Source of the DNA: a virus
Virus record (IMG/VR): IMGVR_UViG_3300005260_000003
Span: 1 to 39,049 of that record
Length of the DNA stretch: 39,049 nt
Strand: one strand, 5' to 3'
The translations under genes and the position numbers were made by a program. Below the pieces are notes generated by a model. The model was not told the origin of the DNA and did not search any database. It saw only the letters and a program-made list of their open reading frames with translations. Below are positions 1 to 7,259 of the stretch, piece after piece (the first letter of the stretch is position 1; every line of letters begins with the position of its first letter).

Positions 1-99
1 TCGGGTTCTTCGCTCGGCTCGGGCTCTGGTTCGGATTCGGTCTCGGCGGGGGTGTCTTCTTGGGGAGGGGGTTCTGGGTTGCTGGCCGCGTCTAGCGAG
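1..99. repeat. terminal direct repeat, left copy (identical to 38951-39049); circular-assembly overlap or terminal redundancy
   Basis: The 99-nt string TCGGGTTCTTCGCTCGGCTC...GCCGCGTCTAGCGAG is present at both ends of the window, read directly from the sequence. Confidence 0.97.
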
Positions 100-878
100 G
101 TGTCTTCGAGGAGTTCTTCGTCGTTTGCATCTTCCGCGTCCTGCATGCATGCATGCAAATCTGAATCTCTAATCTTTCCTATAAGGATGTAGTTCGCTGG
201 CGCGGCCTCGATTAGCTCCTTTGCCTTCCCTCGCCTGTACTCATTTCGGCCCGCGTTGAAACCTTGCAAAAAATTACGAAGGAACGAAATACCGATTTCC
301 AACTGCTCATCGTTCTTCCCTAGCAAGGTAGCTGTGAGTCCGACCGCGCCTCTTACTTTCGCTGCGTATTCGCTTCCCTCTTTCCCTTGCAAGGGAACTT
401 TTCCGGAAGCGTCGAGGGGTGTGGTGGGGAAAGCTAGAGCATACAAAATTCGATCGTCCGAGTCCACTAATCCCTCCTCCCGTAGTTCCTTGATCGCCTC
501 CGAGACGTGGCTCGGGCTCATTTTGCAAATCTTTGCGAGGTCGGCCTGGCTGAGCGGGATCGGCTCGCCCCGCGCGTCGGTCTCGATAATTTCGTCGTTC
601 AACTCGCCCTTGCGGATGCGCCGGCTCTCCGCGATGCGCTTGTGCAGGGCACGCACCCATCCCTCGAAGCCTTCCCGCTTCAGGCGCGGCCTTACCGCGT
701 AACTCGTTGAAATCGTGAACGCATAGGAGCAGCGCAGGATCGCGTTATAGATACGATCCTTCGCCGATCGGCGGCCGATCCGCGCCTCGGTCTGCTCGAG
801 TGGCGACTGCATCCAGTATTCGGCGCCGAGCTCCTTCATGAGGCTCGGCCGCGTCGGCATGGTGGCCGTCGCGCTCAT
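1..878 (-). CDS. replication-initiator-like winged-helix protein, 5' part (gene wraps across the window ends)
   Basis: Hand translation shows an open minus-strand frame from ATG at 878 (GAGGGAAGG about 8 nt upstream) to position 1 with no stop, so it is absent from the ORF track. It continues in frame through the terminal repeat into 38479..39049 (779+571 nt = 450 codons). wHTH-like segment PLSQADLAKICKMSPSHVSEAIKELREEGLV. The functional call is tentative. Confidence 0.8.
   Translation of the reverse strand, partial: MSATATMPTRPSLMKELGAEYWMQSPLEQTEARIGRRSAKDRIYNAILRCSYAFTISTSYAVRPRLKREGFEGWVRALHKRIAESRRIRKGELNDEIIETDARGEPIPLSQADLAKICKMSPSHVSEAIKELREEGLVDSDDRILYALAFPTTPLDASGKVPLQGKEGSEYAAKVRGAVGLTATLLGKNDEQLEIGISFLRNFLQGFNAGRNEYRRGKAKELIEAAPANYILIGKIRDSDLHACMQDAEDANDEELLEDTSLDAASNPEPPPQEDTPAETESEPEPEPSEEP
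382..397. repeat. perfect 16-bp palindrome TTCCCTTGCAAGGGAA (candidate operator or iteron)
   Basis: Self-complementary 16-mer inside the 5' half of the rep-like ORF. Related half-copy TTCCCTAGCAAGG at 316-328. Confidence 0.35.
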
Positions 879-896
879 CGGGAACCTTCCCTCTTC

Positions 897-913
897 TTCC
901 CTTGCGGGGGAAG
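897..913. repeat. imperfect copy of the TTCCCTTGC..GGGAA palindrome, just upstream of the rep-like gene start
   Basis: TTCCCTTGCGGGGGAAG lies 19 nt upstream (minus sense) of the ATG at 878 and overlaps the presumed RBS/5' UTR. Confidence 0.3.
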
Positions 914-1020
914 AAATGGGTAGCGCTGGTCAATCTGAAGACGGAAGGAAGTGTAATCTTTATTCCACACAAAACACCTACAAAATGTTTCGAAGTTGCC
1001 CGCAGGTGTCGTCCAGCACC

Positions 1021-1050
1021 TTGACGGGTCCGCGCCTTCGCGTGCAGAAT
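1021..1050 (+). promoter_or_regulatory. sigma-70-like promoter candidate
   Basis: TTGACG (1021-1026), an 18-nt spacer, then CAGAAT (1045-1050). The host is unknown, so consensus matching is weak evidence. Confidence 0.3.
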
Positions 1051-1156
1051 AAAAGCGGAGCACGTGTCCACGGTTAAAGGCGCGGTGTTTCAAGCGATCG
1101 GTATTTCGCTGCAACCCTTGGACGAGTCGGGGCGAAACCGAAATTAACAACAAACG

Positions 1157-1197
1157 AACGCGCTCAACGGGGGCATAATCCGCGGGGCGCGTTTTTT
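1157..1197 (+). terminator. intrinsic terminator candidate in the non-coding control region
   Basis: AACGCGC (1157-1163) pairs with GCGCGTT (1187-1193), with inner CGG/CCG pairs, followed by a T6 run (1192-1197). No ORF lies upstream on this strand. Confidence 0.45.
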
Positions 1198-1593
1198 GTT
1201 GCTTACGCCTGGCTGCCGGGGCTCTCGCCACACACAGCAGCTCAAATCTTGTTTACGTGGGGGCTTGCGCTCTCATAGTTCACCGATATTGTCGCTCAAA
1301 ACGCTTTCCACAAGAAATGTTTCGTTAACCTTCGGCGCCTTTCCCGTCTCTCGGGGCGCGCTCCGGCGGTGAAGCGACGTTCACGCTTTCAGGCAGTCCG
1401 CGTCAACAAGCGGAGTTGTGCCTGGTGTACCGGTGACTCTATTAATCCGCGCGCATGATCTGTCGTTGCGTAAGACCTCAACACTCGAGGCCCGCCAAAC
1501 CACACCCGCTTAGTTCAAAGTACTCCTAGTTCAACGGTAATGAAAGTGCAATTTTTGGTTCGTTGGTACTGATCTGGCTACTGCATTGAAAGC

Positions 1594-1992
1594 ATGACAA
1601 AAAAAGATCGCGAACTCGTTGCGTTGCGCGCGTTGGTCGATGAGTTAGGCGACTTAGAACTCGAAACGCAACCGTGGCGCGCGAAACTGGCACGTGTCGA
1701 AGCGCTGCGCGCGGCGCTTCGCGCGGCCTTTGCAAACGAGGATCCGACTCAGATGTATACGACAGAGGGGGAGCGCTGGACGTGCCTCGTGGGGCTGCCG
1801 GGCTCGCAGTCCGTGATCGATCGCGAGGCGTTGTTGAAACTAATCGGTTCACGTAAGTTCGCGGCGATCGCGACGGTCTCGTTGAAGGCGCTCGAGACGG
1901 CTTACGGGGCGAGCGTGCTCGGCCAGGTGGTCTCGACCGCGCAGACCGGACCGCGCGCGCTTTCGATTGTGCCGCGGCGAATAGAAGAGTAG
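1594..1992 (+). CDS. hypothetical early protein (coiled-coil N-terminus)
   Basis: ATG-initiated 132-aa ORF and first gene right of the control region. The sequence looks protein-like (ELVALRALVDELGDLELE...). No family recognised. Confidence 0.7.
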   Translation: MTKKDRELVALRALVDELGDLELETQPWRAKLARVEALRAALRAAFANEDPTQMYTTEGERWTCLVGLPGSQSVIDREALLKLIGSRKFAAIATVSLKALETAYGASVLGQVVSTAQTGPRALSIVPRRIEE

Positions 1993-2069
1993 AACTCAAT
2001 AATTCTAGAAATATATGGTTAAATTCCCGCAGTGGTTTGCTGGCAAGTCTTGTGTTTCCATAGCCTTGC

Positions 2070-2270
2070 ATGGCGAAAAAACGCGGGCGGCCGCGGATAA
2101 AGAATAAATCTCCACTTCGCCCTAAATTGTTGTTGCTGAAACCGCAGGCAATTCGTGCCTTCGATATCCTGCGCGCGGAGCAAGGGCCGCGATCGGGTCC
2201 GCGGCTGGCGGCTGAAATGGTGGATCTGTTGTTGCGGGCATACGGGAAGAAACCGATTGGGTTTCCATGA
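2070..2270 (+). CDS. small basic protein with AT-hook-like N-terminus
   Basis: 66-aa ORF starting MAKKRGRPRIKNK. Convergent with the minus-strand gene ending at 2275. Confidence 0.55.
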   Translation: MAKKRGRPRIKNKSPLRPKLLLLKPQAIRAFDILRAEQGPRSGPRLAAEMVDLLLRAYGKKPIGFP

Positions 2271-2274
2271 GCGT

Positions 2275-2556
2275 TTAACGCAGTGGTGGCGCCAGAGTAG
2301 AGCACCACCAGTACTCATCCGTTTCACGCTTTCGGCGGCGCGCGAGGAGTGAGGAGTACAGCGCGCGCTCCCTGCAGGCTGGGCAGAAAAAATATTTGCT
2401 GTTGCGCGAAGGGATTTCCCGCGCTTTGACGTTTGGATGTTTAGGGCAGAACAACACGTTGACAAACCCGCGGCCTCGCTTGGGCCGCGCGAGCCAACTC
2501 GCGCGCATTTTCTCCGCGAGGGCTTCCGCTCTTGCATGCAGATTGCGCCGTTTCAC
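2275..2556 (-). CDS. basic Cys-pair (zinc-ribbon-like) protein
   Basis: ORF open up to 2664. A GTG at 2556 overlaps the upstream stop as GTGA, suggesting coupling. Motifs FCPKHP...FFCPACRE. The start is uncertain (2556 or 2664). Confidence 0.5.
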   Translation of the reverse strand: MKRRNLHARAEALAEKMRASWLARPKRGRGFVNVLFCPKHPNVKAREIPSRNSKYFFCPACRERALYSSLLARRRKRETDEYWWCSTLAPPLR

Positions 2557-2960
2557 TGCGAGCTCCACTGCGGCGCGCCGGCAACCATTAAACAAATCCT
2601 GACGCGTGTGTTGTTTGCGTCGCGAGAGTCGAGCCAGAGGTTCCCGATCCCACTCGTATCGCATGCAGCGGGCGCGGCCGCGGCCGGAATCAGCGCGGCG
2701 AAGTGAAACGCCTGGCGGCCGGTGTACTCGTTCGAGCTCGTTTTGCGCGGCACAACGGCGGTGTTGATGTCGAGGTACAAACCATTCCGGTAGAGGAGCG
2801 CGCCGCTTGGGCCGAGTGGCTGTTGCGCCGCGTAGTTCGGCGGCGCCTGGTCGCTCGCCGGGTCCTGGGCGAGCATGGCGGCGAGGAATCCGACCGCGAT
2901 TCCCGAGATGATCGCCACGCGCAGTAATAACTTTTGTAAAAGTGGAAAGGGATTTTCCAT
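2553..2960 (-). CDS. signal-anchored membrane/periplasmic protein
   Basis: 135-aa ORF with N-terminal hydrophobic helix LLLRVAIISGIAVGFLAAML followed by a soluble domain. Confidence 0.6.
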   Translation of the reverse strand: MENPFPLLQKLLLRVAIISGIAVGFLAAMLAQDPASDQAPPNYAAQQPLGPSGALLYRNGLYLDINTAVVPRKTSSNEYTGRQAFHFAALIPAAAAPAACDTSGIGNLWLDSRDANNTRVRICLMVAGAPQWSSQ

Positions 2961-2964
2961 CGGA

Positions 2965-3273
2965 TTACGTTGTCGGCGGGGCCGTGATCGCGAACGGGCC
3001 GGCCTTGGCAGCCTTCAGGGCTTTCACCGTCTGGTCGGTGAAGTCGCTGGCGGCCTGCGCGATCGCGCCAATCGCGGAATTGGTGCCCACGTTCGAGCCG
3101 GCGGCAGCCATCATGCCGGTTTGGATCGCGGTTGCCTTCAGAATCGTCGAGACGCCGTTCATCAGAATTTCTTTCTTGGTCGCGCCGAGTCCTCCCTGGG
3201 GGAGCGCCTGCTCGAGCGCAATGATCGAGGAAAACGCGTACTGCAAAACGGTCGTAATTAAATTCGCGGTCAT
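2965..3273 (-). CDS. small membrane-associated protein, LL-H-holin-like (tentative)
   Basis: The internal ATG at 3273 avoids overlap with the divergent NusG-like gene. Segment IIALEQALPQGGLGATKKEIL resembles the ..EQ..G..KK.. core of LL-H family holin-like proteins as I recall them. Confidence 0.55.
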   Translation of the reverse strand: MTANLITTVLQYAFSSIIALEQALPQGGLGATKKEILMNGVSTILKATAIQTGMMAAAGSNVGTNSAIGAIAQAASDFTDQTVKALKAAKAGPFAITAPPTT

Positions 3274-3315
3274 GCCTGAGCAGTAGCCAAAACTCTCGAA
3301 CTGGCTACTACCTGA

Positions 3316-3849
3316 GTGATGGGTTCCGCGGCGCTCCGTGTGAGTGACACTGCCATTGGTGCGCCTCAACGCGCCTGGTATGCGTTGCAAGTCCGCGCGA
3401 ATCACGAACGTACGGTAGCGGCGGCGCTGCGCCTCGCGGGCATAGAGGAGTATCTGCCGCAGTACTTTACGCGCTCGATCTGGTCGGATCGCGTCAAGGT
3501 TTTAGCGCGGCCACTTTTCCCTGGGTACGTGTTCGGGTGTTTCGATCCCGCGGCCGGCTTGCCGGTCCTCGCGGGTGTGATCGGCTGTTTGCCGAACAAT
3601 CTCGCGCCGGCGGCGGTTCCCGCGGCGCAATTGGAGTCTATCCGGATCATGTGCGAATCCGGTCTGCCGGTCGAACCGGCGAAACTCGTCGCTGGCCGCC
3701 GTGTCCGCGTCGAGCGTGGTCCCCTGGCCGGCGCGGAAGGCGTCATCCTTCGCGAGCGCGACTCGTGGCGGCTCGTGGTCTCGGTCGAGATTTTCGGGCG
3801 GGCAGTCTCGGTCGAGGTCGATCGGGATTCGCTGCGGGGGCTCGCGTGA
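3316..3849 (+). CDS. NusG/RfaH/UpxY-family transcription antitermination factor paralog
   Basis: NGN-like N-terminus WYALQVRANHERTVAAAL...RPLFPGYVF and KOW-like GRRVRVERGPLAGAEGVIL. 177 aa. Confidence 0.8.
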   Translation: MMGSAALRVSDTAIGAPQRAWYALQVRANHERTVAAALRLAGIEEYLPQYFTRSIWSDRVKVLARPLFPGYVFGCFDPAAGLPVLAGVIGCLPNNLAPAAVPAAQLESIRIMCESGLPVEPAKLVAGRRVRVERGPLAGAEGVILRERDSWRLVVSVEIFGRAVSVEVDRDSLRGLA

Positions 3850-4016
3850 AGTGGCAAAGTTTGAACGTGGCAAAGAAATGGAAGATTCGGAAAGTGGAGT
3901 CTCTTTGGGTGGTCTGGGAATGGGGGCGGCTGTTCGGTCGGTATCCGTCCTGGAAGACGGCGCGCGGCGTGATTTGCTTGTGGGAATTTGCCGATCGTCA
4001 CGTGTACGAGTTTTGA
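3846..4016 (+). CDS. small Trp-rich hypothetical protein
   Basis: GTG at 3846 overlaps the NusG-like stop as GTGA. 56 codons (VKWQSLNVAKKWKIRK...WEFADRHVYEF). Below the ORF-track length cut-off as a stand-alone gene. Confidence 0.35.
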   Translation: MKWQSLNVAKKWKIRKVESLWVVWEWGRLFGRYPSWKTARGVICLWEFADRHVYEF

Positions 4017-4023
4017 GGCTCGC

Positions 4024-4116
4024 GTGAATGTGCCGCGGCTGCCGCTGGCGGTGTTTCTCGTGTTCCTGGTGATCTGTTGCGTGATGTTCTGGCTTTTTAA
4101 CCGGATATGGCAGTAG
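4024..4116 (+). CDS. candidate 30-aa hydrophobic peptide
   Basis: GTG-initiated VNVPRLPLAVFLVFLVICCVMFWLFNRIWQ*, a single TM-like helix that overlaps the start of the next gene by 10 nt. Speculative. Confidence 0.2.
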   Translation: MNVPRLPLAVFLVFLVICCVMFWLFNRIWQ

Positions 4117-5423
4117 CGGCGGCAAAACCGAAGCCGGCGGCGGCGACGCTCGCGATCGAGACTTGGCCGATCGATAAACCAGTGCCCTACCTCGGCAACG
4201 CGAGGCGTCTTTCGGACCGTGCGATCAGTGTGGTTGCGTCCAGCATTAAAGAATTTGGGTTTCGCCAGCCGATCGTCGTTGATAAAAAAGGCGTCGTGAT
4301 CGTGGGCCATACGCGCCTGCTCGCGGCGCAGCAGCTCGGGCTCGAAACCGTCCCGGTCCACGTGGCGCGGAATCTCACGCCGGCGCAAACCGACGCGTAT
4401 CGGTTGATGGATAACCGGGCCAGTGAGGAAACGGAATGGAATCCGGAACTACTCGGGCCGCAACTACTCAAACTCGAAAAGGCGGGCTTCGACCTCGGCT
4501 TAACCGGGTTCACGTCGGAAGAGATCAATAAGTTTCTGAAGCAAGCCTCGCTCGCGGCGGCGCAGTGCGACGAGGACGAGGTTCCCGCGCCGCCGTCCGC
4601 GCCGGTTTCGCGGGTGGGCGACGTGTGGCTTTGCGGCGAGCATCGCGTGCGCTGCGGCGATTCAACCGCGGCCGCGGATACCGCGGCGCTGTTTGGCGGC
4701 GCGCTGCCGGAGGTCGTGTTCACGGATCCGCCGTATGGGATCAACATCGTGAAGGGGAATAAAGTTGGTAGCGGTGGACCAACCACATTTGGCAAAGTTG
4801 GGACCGGTAAGATCGTCCCTGCTCACACTTACGCGGCGATCGCCGGTGATGAAAGCACCGAAATGGCGCAGCGCTTCTATGAGTGTGCTCGGTCTGTGGG
4901 TGTGAAGGCGTTTATTTTGTGGGGCGGAAACTACTTTACGCATTTCCTGCCACCTTCGCCATGTTGGATTGTTTGGGACAAACAAAACGGGGCGAATAAC
5001 TTTGCGGATGTCGAAATGGCGTGGTCGAACCTCACTAGCGGCAAGGCGCGCGAGGCGGAACTCGCCTGGTCTTCCTATCCGAAGGGCGCGCGGCTGTACT
5101 CGTACCTCTGGAACGGGCTCTCGCGCGAGGGCGACCGAAAATCAGAGCTTGTCTCGCGCGTGCATCCCACGCAGAAACCGGTCGGGCTGTTCGAGCGCAT
5201 CTTCGACGATTTCCCGTTTGGCTCCTGTTACGACGGCTTTCTCGGCTCAGGCTCTACCCTGATTGCCTGCCAGAAGGCGGGGCGCCGCTGCTTCGGTATG
5301 GAGCTCGCGCGTGAATACGTCGACGTGGCAGTGATGCGCTGGCAGAACTTTACCGGGCTCGAGGCGCGGCTCGAGGGCGGTGGCACCTATGCGGAAACGA
5401 AGGCAGACCGCATCCAGCAGTGA
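4107..5423 (+). CDS. ParB-like nuclease domain fused to a beta-class amino (N6-A/N4-C) DNA methyltransferase
   Basis: ParB N-domain motifs (IKEFGFRQPIVV...VIVGHTRLLAAQQLG). DPPYG (motif IV) precedes HPTQKP and FLGSGST...GMELAREY (motif I), i.e. beta-class order. Confidence 0.9.
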   Translation: MAVAAAKPKPAAATLAIETWPIDKPVPYLGNARRLSDRAISVVASSIKEFGFRQPIVVDKKGVVIVGHTRLLAAQQLGLETVPVHVARNLTPAQTDAYRLMDNRASEETEWNPELLGPQLLKLEKAGFDLGLTGFTSEEINKFLKQASLAAAQCDEDEVPAPPSAPVSRVGDVWLCGEHRVRCGDSTAAADTAALFGGALPEVVFTDPPYGINIVKGNKVGSGGPTTFGKVGTGKIVPAHTYAAIAGDESTEMAQRFYECARSVGVKAFILWGGNYFTHFLPPSPCWIVWDKQNGANNFADVEMAWSNLTSGKAREAELAWSSYPKGARLYSYLWNGLSREGDRKSELVSRVHPTQKPVGLFERIFDDFPFGSCYDGFLGSGSTLIACQKAGRRCFGMELAREYVDVAVMRWQNFTGLEARLEGGGTYAETKADRIQQ

Positions 5424-5878
5424 AGGGCGAAGGTAAAAAGAAAGCGTTCTTGGCGGCCTACACGGCAACGGCAAGCGTCACGAAGGCCGCGGACGCGGCA
5501 AAGATTCATCGGCGGCTCCATTACAAATGGCTCGAGGCAGATTCCGATTACGTGGCGGCGTTCCAGAAGGCGCAGAGCGAAGCCGCGCAGTTGCTCGAGG
5601 ACGAAGCCGTGCGGCGCGCACACGAGGGCGTGGTCGAGCCGATCTTCTACAAAGGGCGGCCAACGGGCGCGACTCGGGTGTATTCGGATCCGCTGCTCAT
5701 GTTCCTATTGCGCGGCCTGCGTCCGGAGACTTACCGCGAACGCGTGGCGGGCTCGATCGAGCTGTCTGGTCCGGCCGGCGCGCCGATTCCGTTGAAGGAC
5801 GAACGGCTCGCGCTGTTGTCGGACGATGAGCTCGCCTCACTCGTCACACTGGCGGGCAAGCTCCAACCATCCGAATGA
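5420..5878 (+). CDS. terS: terminase small subunit (HTH type)
   Basis: GTGA start/stop overlap with the methylase. N-terminal HTH-like FLAAYTATASVTKAADAAKIHRRLHYKWL and C-terminal SDPLLMFLLRGLRPETYRER motif, typical of small terminases. Confidence 0.75.
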   Translation: MKGEGKKKAFLAAYTATASVTKAADAAKIHRRLHYKWLEADSDYVAAFQKAQSEAAQLLEDEAVRRAHEGVVEPIFYKGRPTGATRVYSDPLLMFLLRGLRPETYRERVAGSIELSGPAGAPIPLKDERLALLSDDELASLVTLAGKLQPSE

Positions 5879-6452
5879 GGGATTTACGTTTTGGAATCTG
5901 CGGCGCACGTTGCTAGTCGAGTGGGCGCTGGTCGCGGCGACGATCGGTCCGCTCACGTGCGCGTTGTGCGCGATCGGCATCACGTGGGACATTCATCAGG
6001 CGCGCCTCGAGCACCTCGCGGTCGAGCACGATCTGCAGCGCGAATCGCTGCGCCGGGTCGACGCGTTGCTCTGGAAGGCGGATACCGCGCTCGAGATCGC
6101 CGGCGCCTGGAAACTCGACCTCGGCTCGCTCTTAACGAAGGTCCGCGCGCAGGTAAAGGAGGCGGCGGATACCTCGGTCGCTGCCTCGAAGACGCAAACG
6201 AAGCAGGCGACGCAGGCGGTAACGCAGGCGCTCGCTTCGACTACGGAAGCGATCAAGCAGGTCGCCGATCAGGCAGTCGTCGTTCCCGAGAAGTTGAAGG
6301 CGGACAAACCCGTCGTGATCGAGTCGCCGGCGCCGGTCGTGATTCAGTCCGCGCCAGTGGTCACGGCGCCGCCGGATGCGGCGTTGCATGTGCCGCCGCC
6401 GCCGAAGCAGCGGCCGTGGTGGAAACGATTGTTCCCGTGGAATTGGCATTGA
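5826..6452 (+). CDS. membrane protein with coiled-coil and Pro-rich tail
   Basis: TM helix LLVEWALVAATIGPLTCALCAIGITW, then a long helical region and PPPPKQRPWWKRLFPWNWH. The start is uncertain (ATG 5826 overlaps terS by 53 nt; TTG 5910 is an alternative). Confidence 0.6.
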   Translation: MSSPHSSHWRASSNHPNEGFTFWNLRRTLLVEWALVAATIGPLTCALCAIGITWDIHQARLEHLAVEHDLQRESLRRVDALLWKADTALEIAGAWKLDLGSLLTKVRAQVKEAADTSVAASKTQTKQATQAVTQALASTTEAIKQVADQAVVVPEKLKADKPVVIESPAPVVIQSAPVVTAPPDAALHVPPPPKQRPWWKRLFPWNWH

Positions 6453-6453
6453 T

Positions 6454-6753
6454 ATGGCCGAACTCGTCGAGGGCGGGGCACGCGTCCCCGTCGCGGCGCT
6501 TGCAGAGTGGGGCTTTAAGCTCGCGCCGTACATCGGCTCGGCGGTTATCTTCGTCTTCTCGCTCTACCACTCGAATGAGGACACGCATCGGCACCAGGCC
6601 GATATCGATTTGCGGCTGCAGGAAATCGATCGGCAGCGCAACCAGCAGGATCGCGAAATGATCGAACGCCTCGCGAAAGCCGACGCGGCGATCGCCGAAC
6701 TCCGCCGTGAACTGGAATTTTATTTCGAGACTCATCGCAACGCGAAACGTTAA
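6454..6753 (+). CDS. small single-pass membrane protein with coiled coil
   Basis: ATG at 6454 directly follows the upstream stop (TGATATG). TM helix FKLAPYIGSAVIFVFSLY. Confidence 0.6.
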   Translation: MAELVEGGARVPVAALAEWGFKLAPYIGSAVIFVFSLYHSNEDTHRHQADIDLRLQEIDRQRNQQDREMIERLAKADAAIAELRRELEFYFETHRNAKR

Positions 6754-6850
6754 ACACCGCCACGCGAACGACGATCAAGCAGGGCTCATCGCCGCGCTCG
6801 ATCGCCTCTACCGCGAACACGAATCAACCAATCGGACCTTAAGGGGGATC

Positions 6851-7258
6851 ATGAGCAATCTACAGGATTTGACGGCATTGCAGACGCGCCTGCAGCAGGA
6901 CGTGCAAACGCAGGCGAACGATATCCAGGTCATTCAGAACAACCTGACCGCACAACTGAAGGACTTGAACGATCAGATTTTCAAACTGCAGCAGCAGCAG
7001 CCGACGCTCGATTTGACCGCGCTCACGATGAGCGTGAATCAGCTCGAGAGTAACCATCAATCGCTGCTCGCGCTCGCCAAGCAGGCCGCCGGCGCGGAGC
7101 ATATTCCGGCGCCGGAGCCATTGATCTCGACGGCGCCGTCTTCCGATCAGCCGGCGCCGCCGGCGCCGGGCACGGTGATCGCGCCGGCCGGGCCAACTGA
7201 GCCGGTCCCGTCGCAGATGCCGGCGGAAGACACAGAGCCGCCGGTACCGCTGGTGTGA
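6851..7258 (+). CDS. coiled-coil protein with Pro-rich C-terminus
   Basis: ATG at 6851 preceded by AAGGGGGATC. Heptad-like LQDLTALQTRLQQDVQTQANDIQVIQNNL. Confidence 0.6.
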   Translation: MSNLQDLTALQTRLQQDVQTQANDIQVIQNNLTAQLKDLNDQIFKLQQQQPTLDLTALTMSVNQLESNHQSLLALAKQAAGAEHIPAPEPLISTAPSSDQPAPPAPGTVIAPAGPTEPVPSQMPAEDTEPPVPLV

Positions 7259-7259
7259 C

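Noticed and set aside
256-702. Plus-strand 148-aa ORF and minus-strand 117-aa ORF (307..660) at the window start
   Set aside because: Both overlap the long open minus-strand rep-like frame, which has a wHTH motif and continuity across the circular junction. Their translations are Arg/Ser/Pro-rich low-complexity sequence, typical of off-frame reading in GC-rich DNA.
1526-2308. 260-aa minus-strand ORF
   Set aside because: It is antisense to two better plus-strand genes (1594..1992, 2070..2270). Its composition is dominated by R/S/P/A with no motifs.
3402-4388. 328-aa minus-strand ORF, plus other long antisense ORFs (e.g. 11192..11977, 14884..15675, 17402..18049, 18591..19637, 21339..22166, 24680..25264, 30408..31097)
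   Set aside because: All lie opposite genes with clear family motifs (NusG-like, ParB-MTase, scaffold, adaptor, tail fibre, ejection proteins, nuclease) and have Arg-rich off-frame composition. Long spurious ORFs are expected at this GC content.
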